64,000 nt of DNA from positions 832,001 to 896,000 of the forward strand of contig OY970166.1 of the NCBI GenBank assembly GCA_963706595.1. Reading direction: 5' to 3'. The DNA is from an uncultured cyanobacterium. GTDB lineage: Bacteria > Cyanobacteriota > Cyanobacteriia > Cyanobacteriales > Nostocaceae. The notes under the pieces are model-generated. The model worked only from the letters and a program-made list of their open reading frames with translations. It did no database searches and was not told the DNA's origin. Positions 29,739 through 41,015 of this stretch are shown piece by piece. A program made the translations under genes and the position numbers. Within the stretch, counting starts at the first letter, position 1, and the number at the start of each line of letters is the position of its first letter.

Positions 29739-31433
29739 ATGCAAGAATATGATGTTGTTATTATTGGCGCAGGACATAACGGGCTAGTTTGTGCTGGTTA
29801 TTTGCTGCAAGCTGGCTACAGCGTCCTACTATTAGAGAAACGTCCGGTTCCTGGTGGTGCAGCCACAACCGAAGAATGCATACCTAAAGAAGCGCCTGGA
29901 TTTAAATTTAATTTGTGTGCAATTGACCACGAGTTTATTCATTTGGGGCCAGTTGTAGAAGAATTAGAATTAGAAAAATATGGTTTAGAATATTTAGATT
30001 GTGACCCTGTTGTTTTTTGTCCCCATCCTGATGGAAAATATTTCTTAGCTCACAAATCAGTGGAAAAGACTTGTGCAGAAATCGCTCGTTACAATGAACG
30101 CGATGCTAAAAAATATGCCGAATTTATAGATTACTGGCAAAGGGCAATTAGTGCAATGGTTCCCATGTTTAACGCCCCACCAAAATCATTTATAGATATT
30201 TTTGGTAACTACAATGTGCAAAAATTTAAAGATTTATTTTCGGTAGTCGGTTCGCCAGCCAAAAGCTTGGACTTTATTCGCACGATGTTAAACAGTGCTG
30301 AAGATATTTTAGAGGAATGGTTTGATGAGGAATTCTTAAAAGCCCCACTTTCTCGACTAGCTTCAGAACTCGGTGCGCCGCCTTCACAAAAAAATTTAGC
30401 TATTGGTGTGATGATGATGGCTATGCGTCACAACCCCGGTATGACCAGACCTCGTGGGGGAACTGGGGCGTTAGTCCAAGCATTAGTTAAATTAGTTACT
30501 ACTAAAGGTGGGACAATTTTAACAGACCAACAGGTAGAAAAAGTATTAATTGATAACGGTAAAGCTGTTGGTGTTAGGGTTGCCGGTGGTGAAGAATATC
30601 GCGCTAAATATGGCGTTATTTCCAACATTGATGCTAAACGTCTATTTTTACAGCTAATAGATACCAGTGAAGTTGATGATGCTGATCCTGATTTACGAGA
30701 AAGGTTAGAACGTCGCATCATTAATAATAACGAAACTATCCTAAAAATAGACTTGGCTTTAGACGAACCTCTGCATTTTCCGCACCACGACCACAAAGAT
30801 GATTATCTCATTGGATCTATTTTAATTGCAGATTCAATGGCTCATGTGGAACAGGCTCATAGTAAATGTACCATAGGCGAGATTCCCGATGCTAACCCTT
30901 CCATGTATGCGGTGATGCCTAGCGCCCTTGACCCCACATTAGCACCACCCGGTAAACATACTTTATGGATTGAATTTTTTGCGCCTTATCAAATAGCCGG
31001 TGCTGAAGGTACTGGTTTAAAAGGTACTGGTTGGACAGATGAATTAAAAAATCAAGTTGCAGACAAAGTAATTGATAAGTTAGCTAATTATGCCCCAAAT
31101 GTTAAAGCCGCAACTATCGCCCGGCGTGTGGAAAGTCCAGCCGAATTGGGTGAAAGATTAGGCGCTTACAAAGGGAATTATTATCATATTGATATGACTT
31201 TAGATCAAATGGTGTTTTTCCGTCCTTTACCAGAATTAGCTAACTACAAAACACCAATTGAAAATCTATTTTTAACTGGTGCGGGAACTCATCCAGGTGG
31301 GTCAATTTCCGGAATGCCAGGACGTAATTGTGCGCGGGTATTTTTGCAAGCAAAACATCCTTTAGGTCAAAGTTTAAGGGATGCGAAGGATTCATTTAAA
31401 TCAGCTGTAGGTTCGATATTTGGACTTGGTTGA
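29739..31433 (+). CDS. crtO: Beta-carotene ketolase (CrtI-family)
   Basis: GAGHNGL, GFKFNLCAIDHEFI, GAGTHPGGSISGMPGRN. Confidence 0.85.
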   Translation: MQEYDVVIIGAGHNGLVCAGYLLQAGYSVLLLEKRPVPGGAATTEECIPKEAPGFKFNLCAIDHEFIHLGPVVEELELEKYGLEYLDCDPVVFCPHPDGKYFLAHKSVEKTCAEIARYNERDAKKYAEFIDYWQRAISAMVPMFNAPPKSFIDIFGNYNVQKFKDLFSVVGSPAKSLDFIRTMLNSAEDILEEWFDEEFLKAPLSRLASELGAPPSQKNLAIGVMMMAMRHNPGMTRPRGGTGALVQALVKLVTTKGGTILTDQQVEKVLIDNGKAVGVRVAGGEEYRAKYGVISNIDAKRLFLQLIDTSEVDDADPDLRERLERRIINNNETILKIDLALDEPLHFPHHDHKDDYLIGSILIADSMAHVEQAHSKCTIGEIPDANPSMYAVMPSALDPTLAPPGKHTLWIEFFAPYQIAGAEGTGLKGTGWTDELKNQVADKVIDKLANYAPNVKAATIARRVESPAELGERLGAYKGNYYHIDMTLDQMVFFRPLPELANYKTPIENLFLTGAGTHPGGSISGMPGRNCARVFLQAKHPLGQSLRDAKDSFKSAVGSIFGLG

Positions 31434-31451
31434 GAATTCTCTATAGCAACT

Positions 31452-31658
31452 ATAGCAACCACCAAGGACGTTAAGACATAAACGGATAATCAAACTTAGA
31501 CACCAAAAGGGTTTTAACCCACTCCCCAGAAGAGGCAGGGGAGCAGGGAGAAGGGTGCAAGGGGGAGTAAGAAATTATTTTAAACTTCCGGTTACTTAAC
31601 CACCATTCTTCTTCTCCCCTTCTCCCCACTCCCTACTCCCCACTCCCTACTCCCCAGC
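31452..31658. mobile_element. Composite MITE containing copy B of the 110-bp element
   Basis: TATAGCAACC...CTTAGACACCAAAAGGGTTTTAACCCACTCCCC...CTCCCCAGC; reverse-oriented partial relative at 37735-37906. Confidence 0.6.
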
Positions 31659-31687
31659 AAAAAACCCCGGCGAAACTAACCGAGGTT
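31659..31687 (-). terminator. Rho-independent terminator of psb34
   Basis: Minus strand AACCTCGG-ttagtttcg-CCGGGGTT-TTTT. Confidence 0.7.
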
Positions 31688-31741
31688 GATAGGAGAAGTC
31701 CGAATGACGATGAGAAATACCGATACCGAAATCTATAAATA

Positions 31742-31912
31742 TTAGCTAACGCTCAAGGCTACCAAAACTAAAGTGGTGACGATTAATGTAGCAAATGCAC
31801 CTTGTACAGCATATTGACGTTGCTGCTCTTGGTTGGGGTAGCCAGCATAGTACATTTTAGGTTCGTTGGCGTAGTTATTTAAAATGCCTGCTTCGTTAAC
31901 GGTGGTATACAT
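31742..31912 (-). CDS. psb34: Ssl1498/Psb34 family photosystem II assembly protein (56 aa)
   Basis: Below the ORF-track cutoff: MYTTVNEAGILNNYANEPKMYYAGYPNQEQQRQYAVQGAFATLIVTTLVLVALSVS. Confidence 0.9.
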   Translation of the reverse strand: MYTTVNEAGILNNYANEPKMYYAGYPNQEQQRQYAVQGAFATLIVTTLVLVALSVS

Positions 31913-31926
31913 AATGTTTTCCTGTA

Positions 31927-31965
31927 GTTGTTACCTTATGTAAACTAATATAACAAGATTGTTAC
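31927..31965 (-). promoter_or_regulatory. HLR1-like (RpaB) direct repeats upstream of psb34
   Basis: Minus strand GTAACA-GTTATA-TTTACA-GTAACA half-sites at 11/10/10-nt periodicity. Confidence 0.55.
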
Positions 31966-32188
31966 AAAAGGTCAATAGAGGTTGACAAATAATAGTGGAT
32001 GACTGTAATCACAACTACTTATAGCTGGGGAGTAGGGAGTGAGGAGAAGAGGAAAAGGGGCAGGGGGCAGGGGAGAAGAATACTCGTCAGCATAAATATT
32101 GTGGGGTGGGCTACTGGTCTCCCCAGAACAGGCATCTTGCCTGTTCCACAAGAGAAACGTGTGTTTCATAAATAAAATAGGAGTCCTA

Positions 32189-32315
32189 TATAGGAATCCG
32201 GTTTGATATCTAAATTTATTTGCGTAGGTAGGGAGTGGGGAGTGGGGAGTGGGGAGTAGGGAAAAAGAAATAATGTGTATGGAGTTTTATTCAAAAATCA
32301 AATAGGAGTCCTATA
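32189..32315. mobile_element. TA-flanked MITE with STRR core
   Basis: Imperfect TIRs TATAGGAATCCGGTTTGAT / ATCAAATAGGAGTCCTATA; an extra right end abuts it at ~32175-32190. Confidence 0.7.
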
Positions 32316-32641
32316 TATATCCAAAGTAATAAACTTAGTGAAAATAAAATAATACCTAAGTCTCAATAAGAACCCCATAAAGGTGTGAGGTTTTTATTGA
32401 CTAACGGATAGAGAATGAAAAGGTGGAAAAAAATGCTATGGACATTCTCAAACTTTAACCATGCCATTATGTTCACTGTTGGAGATTATCTCATAAATCC
32501 ACAAACAGGACACTAGGAAAAATTATTGCTGCCGGTCATCAATCGATTAATCATATCCCCAACCGGATTCTTATATAAGCTTTGAATGTTCAATAAAGTA
32601 TGATTGTTCACCAACTCAATAAATTTTATCTAGTTATATTT

Positions 32642-32848
32642 ATGGTACAAGATATAATTTTTTGTTTAAAAGAAGCGACTTCCTATTATATATTTAAAAA
32701 ATACTCTACACCCAGAAATGCTGCTGATTGTTTTGTTAATCCTCCCTGTGGTTGTGCAAATCCTGGCAAGGAACTCAAGTGTGAAAACTGTACTCATTTA
32801 GAAGGTTGTTTATCTCACTTTAAACTCGGTCATAAACCAATGCCATAG
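32642..32848 (+). CDS. Small Cys-rich hypothetical protein
   Basis: 68 aa; CFVNPPCGC...CENC...C cluster. Confidence 0.55.
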   Translation: MVQDIIFCLKEATSYYIFKKYSTPRNAADCFVNPPCGCANPGKELKCENCTHLEGCLSHFKLGHKPMP

Positions 32849-33302
32849 TAGCTCACCCCAACCCTCTCCTTAGTAAGGAGAGGGAGCCAGAAAGGGAGAT
32901 TAAGGGAGGGCTAAACTGGCAGAATTTACATCGTGGTTGTGCAAATCCTGGCAAGGAACTCAAGTGTGAAAACTGTACTCATTTAGAAGGTTGTTTATCT
33001 CACTTTAAACTCGGTCATAAACCAATGCCATAGAACCTCACCCCAACCCTCTCCTTAGTAAGGAGAGGGAGCCGGAAAGGGAGATTAAGGGAGGGCTAAA
33101 CTGGCAGAATTTACATCGTGGTTGTGCAAATCCTGGCAAGGAACTCAAGTGTGAAAACTGTACTCATTTAGAAGCTTGTTTATCTCACTTTAAACTCAGT
33201 CATAAACCAATGCCATAGTACCTCACCCCAACCCTCTCCTTAGTAAGGAGAGGGAGCCGGAAAGGGAGACTAAGGGAGGGCTAAACTGGCAGAATTTACA
33301 TC
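32748..33302. repeat. Tandem triplication, 3 x 185 bp
   Basis: Units begin at 32748, 32933 and 33118; a few substitutions between copies. Confidence 0.95.
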
Positions 33303-34047
33303 TAAAAATAAGGTAGCTTGCGATTGTTGACGTAAAATTGATGCCGGGCAGTTTATGTTAATTGACCCTTGTAGGATCTGTTTTACTACCTGGGCTTTGC
33401 GTTTTTCTGGTGCTAGACAAATAATTTTTTTGGCTGCACAAATCAAGGGCAAAGTAACAGTAAAAGCGTACTGGGGAACATTATCAATATTAGGAAAATG
33501 ACCTGTGTTAACTTGTTGCTGGCGATTGACTTTATCTAGTTTTACCAGTTTGACGCTGTAAGCATCTTGGAAATTGGCTACTGCGGGGTCGTTAAAAGCC
33601 AAATGTCCGTTTTCACCCACACCAAGACAACATAAATCAATGGGTTGGGCTTGCAATAGTTTGGTGTAGCGATCGCACTCTGCAAGAGGTTGCAGCGCAT
33701 CACCTTGTATATAATGAAATTGTCGGGGAGAAACCCGCGTCTCTACACGTTCTCGCATATATCGCCGGAAACTGGCCGGATGGTCGGCTGTAATTCCTAA
33801 ATATTCATCTAAATGAAATAAGGTAATCCGCGACCAATCTACACCACCCAACTTGATTAAAGCATCAAGAAATTTGAGTTGGGAATTTCCTGTGGCTAAC
33901 AGTACCTGCTGCGGTTTCCTGTTGCTGGAGAACTTGCTGTAAATAATTTTGGGCGATTTCGGCAACTTTCTCTGCCATTTCAACTTCAGAGTTGTAAATC
34001 TGCACCAATAAATCATCAACGCGAAAAAAGTTTGTAGCGGCGAGCAT
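33270..34047 (-). pseudogene. nagB: Glucosamine-6-phosphate deaminase with +1 frameshift
   Basis: N-terminus MLAATNFFRVDDL...QETAA and C-terminal part VLLATGNSQ...FHLDEYLG...GENGHLAFNDP lie in different frames; extra G at 33905-33906. Confidence 0.85.
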
Positions 34048-34216
34048 TTGCTTACAGGGAATATTGACAATAATGCACTTATATCCTGTCTTTAGTATAG
34101 ATTTCCGAATTTAAGACAGTTTTATTCCTGTATTAACCCCAGTACAATGATTGAGGACAAAAAACCATGTAAACTATGTAAATTAAGTTAACAATTATTT
34201 ACGTTCACCAAAAACC

Positions 34217-34870
34217 ATGCTGGCTGCAATTCTCTTTGACTTAGACGGTACTATCGTCAATACTGACCCCATACACTACCAAGCTTGGCAGAAAATGCTG
34301 CTGAATTACGATATTCAAATTGATGATAAATTCTATAAATCTCGGATTAGTGGCCGAATAAACCCAGAAATTGTTAAAGATATTTTGCCACAATTATCAG
34401 TAGCTGAAGGTGAAAAGTTGGCCGATGAAAAAGAGGTGCTGTTCCGACAACTGTCCCCCAATCTTCAACCATTGAGTGGATTTGCCGAACTCATAGCATG
34501 GACAAAAACACATCAGCTAAAAAGAGCTTTGGTAACTAATGCTCCTAGACAAAATGCAAAATTCATGCTAGAAGTTTTAGGCATCACTGAAGTTTTTCAC
34601 ACAATTGTTTTAGCTGATGATTGTATAGCAGGTAAGCCCAATCCTGAACCTTATCAAGTGGCTTTGCAAAAATTGGGAATTGCCGCAGAACAAGCGATCG
34701 CTTTGGAAGATTCTCCCTCTGGCATTCAGGCCGCAGTCGGGGCTGGTATTCGTACCATTGGCATTGCTTCCACCCATGAACCGCTAGCCTTGCAGCAGGT
34801 TGGCACATTTATGGCCATTTCAGATTTTACTGATTTACAGTTGTGGAAATTTCTTAACTCTTTGATATAG
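34217..34870 (+). CDS. HAD-family phosphatase (beta-PGM/CbbY-like)
   Basis: FDLDGT, GKPNPEPY, LEDSPSG. Confidence 0.9.
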   Translation: MLAAILFDLDGTIVNTDPIHYQAWQKMLLNYDIQIDDKFYKSRISGRINPEIVKDILPQLSVAEGEKLADEKEVLFRQLSPNLQPLSGFAELIAWTKTHQLKRALVTNAPRQNAKFMLEVLGITEVFHTIVLADDCIAGKPNPEPYQVALQKLGIAAEQAIALEDSPSGIQAAVGAGIRTIGIASTHEPLALQQVGTFMAISDFTDLQLWKFLNSLI

Positions 34871-34875
34871 CCAGT

Positions 34876-35908
34876 TTAAAAAGTTTCTGGCGGGGCAATA
34901 TCTGTACCAAAACTATTAGACTTTAACCCTGGTTTCACATTGACTTCAGACGAATTGGATGATTGCGAAACAGACGAAGACGGGGAAATTACTATATCTG
35001 GATTCAGCACCCTGCCAGTCTTTGTTTGCTGAGAAATCAAGGATACCCCTCCCACAGCCCCTGCCACAAGGGCTGTATAGCCTACATACAAATGTATGGG
35101 ACGAATATCTATTCCTAATCCCCCAGAAGGCTTCGTAGAATTATACCAAGAAGGTAAAATTGATTGCACTGTATCGGCTGCTGGTAAAGAAGCGGCTAAA
35201 TTTGTGCCATTTAGTCCTAAAGTGTTGCCCATAACTCGAATAAATCCACGTAACAAAGTATCTTCTGGCAATAAATCGAAGTTGCTATTTTCGATTGCTT
35301 CCATCCGATAAATTGGAATATGAGTGTAAATATTAAGTTGGCACAGAGAAAAGGCCTTGAGACTGACGCGCTTGTTTAAGTTGTTCGCCAATTTGAGACA
35401 TGATTTCTCTACGTTGTGCAGCTAGGGTTTGTTTGGCTAGTTCAGCTTGGTAAGATTTTTTATTTGGCTTTAACCAGTTCATCAGTGCTGCACCTGGAGA
35501 GTTTATTTCCGTGCTTTTCTCTGAAGTTACAGTTGCTTTTGGTGCTGCGTCACCTTCGCTAATCTGTCTGGTGCTGGTTGACGCAGCTACTTTTATACTT
35601 GGGGAATCACTAGCTGTTTTGGCTTCAACACTTGATGAAACACTATTAGCCTCTCTAACTTTTTCTGGTTGTGCGAATTGCTGAAATGCCAAACTAATAG
35701 CTTCTCTACCCACAGCTTTCAACAAAACCTTGATTGGTTCTCCTGAAGCACCCAGCAAGGTTTGTAATGTAGCGATCGCACGAAGATAGACTTTACTGCT
35801 ATGAAGTTCAGCTTCAATTTCACCTAATAGCGATCGCAATTCATCTTGAGAAATTTTGATGCTAGGATTTCCAGGAATAGTAAACAAATACACAGGTGTC
35901 ATAGTCAT
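34876..35908 (-). pseudogene. RodZ-like HTH protein with +1 frameshift
   Basis: ...QIGEQLKQARQSQGL | SLCQLNIYTHIPIYRMEAIE...LPED..RGFIR forms one HTH_25 domain split by an extra base in the run at 35349-35352. Confidence 0.8.
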
Positions 35909-36181
35909 GGTTAAAGTTGCTCCTGATATACAAACAAAAAGTAGTTGATCTGTATGATTTGTCGCTTTATCGGCTTTAAAATCCGGATTAATCTGGATCA
36001 ATTATCTGGTCTTTTCGGAAAACTAGTAAAATTACGGTGTTATTAGTGAATTTACTGATGTTCTCATATTATTAAGATAAAAATTGCTGTTCAAGCCGAT
36101 ATTTGTTCTGCGATCGCCTCGTTCAAGTCCTGAGATTCATGGATAACAATGGATTAAAAGTAATTACTCCACAGAAAAGTT

Positions 36182-37060
36182 TTAATTTTTACCTCTAGTA
36201 AAGTTGTCAGTTCTCACTCGTTCCACAAAAGACTTGATCCATTGCACATACTCCTCACCAGCAACAGTAGCTGTATTATTATGGTCTGCGGCTGGGATCA
36301 AAAGCAGTTTTTTCGGTTCGGGCGCAGCGTGATAAAGCTTTTGGCTCATAAAAGATGGCACAGTTGTATCAGCAGTCCCATGAATAAATAACACTGGCAT
36401 TTTTAACTGCGGTACTTTTTTAATCGACTCAAAGCGCTGCGTCAAAATTAAATTGACTGGGAAAATCCGAAACAAGTTTCTGTAGTCCACCATATCCGCA
36501 ATCGAGGTAAAGGAACTTTCTACAATCAATGCGGCAGCTTCTGGGTGTTTGATAGCCAAATCAATCGCGATCGCTCCCCCCATAGAATGGCCATAAATAA
36601 AAATTCTGCCCGGCGGAATCTGCTGCTCTTGTACTAAGTAATTCCACGCGACAACTGCATCCTGATAAACCCGGTTTTCGCTAGGAAAGTCACCTTGACT
36701 GCGACCATACCCGCGATAATCAATCAGCAGCACAGAAAATCCTAGTTGATGAAGTCGATTAGCATGACCAACATTGGCGCTCACATTCATGGCGTTACCA
36801 TGCAGATACAGCAACACATCAGCATTTGGTTGCGGGGCTTTAATCCACCAACCATGAATAAGTTTCGCTTGACCATTGGCTGTTACAGGTAGCCATACAT
36901 CCTCGTATAGGAGATTAAAAAACTCTGGTGTTCTTTCAATGACGCTAGAGGGAAAGAAAATGAACCGAGGCTGCTTCACAAACAGAACTAGACAAATCGC
37001 AATGTAGGCAATGACAACAACGATTTCTACAGTTAGTAGCAGCTTGAAACACAATTGCAT
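36182..37060 (-). CDS. Alpha/beta hydrolase
   Basis: LHGNA, DYRGYG, GHSMGG nucleophile elbow, HGTAD, HN. Confidence 0.9.
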   Translation of the reverse strand: MQLCFKLLLTVEIVVVIAYIAICLVLFVKQPRFIFFPSSVIERTPEFFNLLYEDVWLPVTANGQAKLIHGWWIKAPQPNADVLLYLHGNAMNVSANVGHANRLHQLGFSVLLIDYRGYGRSQGDFPSENRVYQDAVVAWNYLVQEQQIPPGRIFIYGHSMGGAIAIDLAIKHPEAAALIVESSFTSIADMVDYRNLFRIFPVNLILTQRFESIKKVPQLKMPVLFIHGTADTTVPSFMSQKLYHAAPEPKKLLLIPAADHNNTATVAGEEYVQWIKSFVERVRTDNFTRGKN

Positions 37061-37268
37061 TGAAAACTGCGGTTTGTTTAAATTTAAGTCCTAAGATATA
37101 TATTTTAACAAATAGTTATGAATAAAATAAATTTTTGTTAAGAAAACGAGGTTAAGAACTTTCCCATTTAAATTAAATTTATATAAACATTTTTTATGGT
37201 AAAACTATTTACGTAATTAAGTGATTTTAGTTTACATAGTCAATATTAGTCATTACTAGGAGTAGGTT

Positions 37269-37995
<727 letters not shown>

Positions 37996-39453
37996 TTATA
38001 TTTGTGGCTGATTCAGCAGCCAACTAGTGGATTGCTCATAAGCATAAGCTACCTGAAATAGTTGGTCTTCTCGCAGCACTTGACCAATTAGCTGTAATCC
38101 AATGGGTAATCCCTGTGCATCAAAGCCACAAGGGACACTTAAGCCGGGTAAACCTGCCAGATTTACGGGAATAGTCATCAAGTCATTTAAGTACATACTT
38201 AAAGGATCACTAATTTTTTCCCCGGCTTTAAATGCTGTGCTGGGAGCAGTAGGACAAACTAAAACATCGACCATCTTAAACGCTTTTTCAAAGTCTTGTT
38301 TAATCAGGGTGCGGATTTTTTGAGCTTTCAGATAGTATGCGTCATAATAGCCAGCCGAAAGGGCGTAAGTACCAATCATAATTCGGCGTTTAACTTCTGT
38401 ACCAAAACCAGTGGAACGGGTACGAGTGTACATAGATAGCAGATTATCTGCATCCTCAGCCCGGAATCCGTATTTTACACCGTCGTAACGAGCCAAATTT
38501 GCTGATGCTTCCGATGGTGCAATGATGTAGTAACTGGGTACGCCGTAGCGGAAATTGGGACAGGAAATAATATGAACCTCGGCTCCCAAACTTTGTAATT
38601 GAGCTATGGCTTTAGTTACAGCTTCTTCCACAACAGAGTCTAAACCATTCCCAAAGGTTTCTTTAATCACCCCAATTCGCAGCTTTCCTCTAGCTTTGAA
38701 ATCTGGTTTTAAGCTGGCGACGTAGTTGGGGATTTCCACTTTCAGGCTAGTAGAGTCTTTGGGATCGTAACCTGCGATCGCATTCAATACTATAGCGGTA
38801 TCTTCCACTGTGCGTCCCAATGGTCCAATTTGATCCAAAGATGAAGCATAAGCAATCAAACCATAGCGAGAAACCAGTCCATAAGTTGGTTTCATCCCCA
38901 CCACACCACAAAAAGCCGCAGGTTGTCGAATAGAACCCCCAGTATCAGTCCCCAGAGACACAACACATTCATTAGCCGCCACCGCCGCCGCCGAACCTCC
39001 AGAAGAACCACCGGGAACCCGTGATATGTCCCAAGGATTAGCTGTCATTTGGTAGGCAGAGTTTTCTGTAGAACTACCCATGCCAAATTCATCTAAATTG
39101 GTTTTGCCGATGATTATCGCCCCAGCATCAATCAATTTTTGGGTGACGGTTGATTCATAAGGCGGCACAAAATTTTCTAAAATTCGAGAAGCGCAAGTAG
39201 TTGGAATCCCCTGAGTACACAAATTATCTTTAATGCCAACTGGAATCCCCGCCAGTAGTCCGATTTCTTCACCAGCAGCGATTTTGGCATCCACAGCACG
39301 AGCCTGCTCTAATGCCTTCTCTGTCGTTACGTGTAAGAAACTGTGTAATTTCGGTTCTAATGCTTGAATACGGTCTAAAGCTTCTTGGGTAATTTCAACA
39401 GCAGAACATTCTTTTTTAATTAGTTGTTCGTGCAACTCGCGGATGGATGCCAT
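37996..39453 (-). CDS. gatA: Asp/Glu-tRNA amidotransferase subunit A
   Basis: [37 protein letters not shown]. Confidence 0.97.
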   Translation of the reverse strand: MASIRELHEQLIKKECSAVEITQEALDRIQALEPKLHSFLHVTTEKALEQARAVDAKIAAGEEIGLLAGIPVGIKDNLCTQGIPTTCASRILENFVPPYESTVTQKLIDAGAIIIGKTNLDEFGMGSSTENSAYQMTANPWDISRVPGGSSGGSAAAVAANECVVSLGTDTGGSIRQPAAFCGVVGMKPTYGLVSRYGLIAYASSLDQIGPLGRTVEDTAIVLNAIAGYDPKDSTSLKVEIPNYVASLKPDFKARGKLRIGVIKETFGNGLDSVVEEAVTKAIAQLQSLGAEVHIISCPNFRYGVPSYYIIAPSEASANLARYDGVKYGFRAEDADNLLSMYTRTRSTGFGTEVKRRIMIGTYALSAGYYDAYYLKAQKIRTLIKQDFEKAFKMVDVLVCPTAPSTAFKAGEKISDPLSMYLNDLMTIPVNLAGLPGLSVPCGFDAQGLPIGLQLIGQVLREDQLFQVAYAYEQSTSWLLNQPQI

Positions 39454-39641
39454 GATTGCTCTCTTTATGACTCAAGTCATCGATTCTAGTACATTTTCCA
39501 GGGTAATGGGTATTGGGTCTGAGGGCTGAGAGAAACTCTTTAATCTGTCCGAAAAAATTTTGCTATTTTTCCGGAATTGTTTGGGCTGTGGTGGTATTAC
39601 TTATCAGTACGGCGATTTATACAGAACTTCTATAACTTTTC

Positions 39642-39697
39642 GGGGAACATATCCCCACCTCCTTGAACAAAAGCCCGGTTATTATGACCGGGTTTTT
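39642..39697 (+). ncRNA. Candidate small RNA (~56 nt)
   Basis: -10-like TATAAC at 39631; hairpin GGGGA-acata-TCCCC; linker ACCTCCTTGAAC; terminator GCCCGGT-tattatg-ACCGGGT-TTTT. Confidence 0.5.
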
Positions 39698-39777
39698 GTA
39701 TGGGATGCTTTCTCTAGACAGAAACATTACGCTCAAAGTATTGGCTAGATTAGCATTAACTATCTTAAATTCAGTTT

Positions 39778-40602
39778 ATGACTAATGTAACAGCCTCAGT
39801 TGAAGATTTAGTCCTAATTGCTGGTGCTACTGGTGGCGTAGGTCAACTTGTCACAGCTAACTTGCTAGAAAAGGGGATGAAAGTTCGTATCCTCACCCGC
39901 AACGCCGCCAAAGCCGCAAAAATGTTTAATCAAAAAGTAGAAATTGCAGTGGGTGATATTCGCGATATCAGCACACTGCCCCCAGCCATGCAGGATATTA
40001 ACTATATTATCTGTTGTACTGGGACTACTGCCTTTCCTTCTGAACGATGGGAATTTGAACCCAAACCCAACTTACTCGAATGGGGAAGAATTTTAATTGA
40101 TTCAGAATATCGCGATCGCACAGCGAAGAATAACCCCCCAAAAGTAGATGCGGAAGGAGTCAGCAACTTAGTATCAGTCGCACCTCCCCAGCTAAAACGC
40201 TTTGTTTTCGTCTCTTCAGTGGGAATTCACCGCAAAGACCAACCACCTTTTAATATTCTCAACGCCTTTGGTGTCCTTGATGCCAAAGAAAAAGGAGAGC
40301 AAGCCATCATCAACTCTGGAATACCCTATACAATTATTCGTCCAGGACGCTTAATTGATGGTCCTTACACATCCTACGACCTCAACACCTTACTCAAAGC
40401 CAAGACAGGCGGAAAGCAAGGCGTAGTAGTAGAAAATGGCGACCAATTAGCCGGAGATGCAAGCCGCATAGACGTAGCTGCTGCGTGTGTAGAGTCTATT
40501 TTTTACTCATCCACAGCCAACAAAGCCTTTAACTTAGTCAACAAAGGAGCAAGACCACCTGTCATACACTGGGAAACCCTTTTTTCCCAACTAACTAAAT
40601 AA
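39778..40602 (+). CDS. Atypical SDR / NAD(P)H-binding oxidoreductase
   Basis: GATGGVG, YTIIRPG, SRIDVA. Confidence 0.88.
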   Translation: MTNVTASVEDLVLIAGATGGVGQLVTANLLEKGMKVRILTRNAAKAAKMFNQKVEIAVGDIRDISTLPPAMQDINYIICCTGTTAFPSERWEFEPKPNLLEWGRILIDSEYRDRTAKNNPPKVDAEGVSNLVSVAPPQLKRFVFVSSVGIHRKDQPPFNILNAFGVLDAKEKGEQAIINSGIPYTIIRPGRLIDGPYTSYDLNTLLKAKTGGKQGVVVENGDQLAGDASRIDVAAACVESIFYSSTANKAFNLVNKGARPPVIHWETLFSQLTK

Positions 40603-41015
40603 TTAGAAGTTGGTAGTGAGGACTTTAGTCCTCCTTTCTGCTCTAAATTCCTCATACATCCAACTGGGAAGAATATCATCCAATGGAAGTTGAAGAAGAG
40701 GCAAAAGCAGTGAATCAATTACTTGATTCATGCGATTGAAATCATGTCTTCTCATCTTAAATTAAAACCCTTTAATTTAGTGATAAATTATCCTAATATT
40801 AACACTCCTAACGACATATCCACCGCCACATCTCCCGTGCGAGTTAGGTCTAAATTTTTTTACAGAAAAATGATTATCAAAAAGTATATATAGCAATAGT
40901 TTCAGTCTATCTAGGTCCTGATTTAACCCTCTTGAGACTTTACCCAATATAGGGAAATTATCTCTAATTTTCTACTACAATTCTGTCATTACCATAACAT
41001 GAGGAGCCAACTTTA

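Noticed and set aside
32748..33302. CRISPR array or DGR template/variable repeats
   Set aside because: The whole 185-bp unit repeats with no unique spacers; differences are not adenine-specific; no cas or RT gene in the window.
39642..39697. Yfr1 identity
   Set aside because: Lacks the ACTCCTCACAC motif and the usual guaB-trxA context.
40640..40740. Possible coding remnant (HTSNWEEYHPMEVEEEAKAVNQLLDS)
   Set aside because: Too short to assign.
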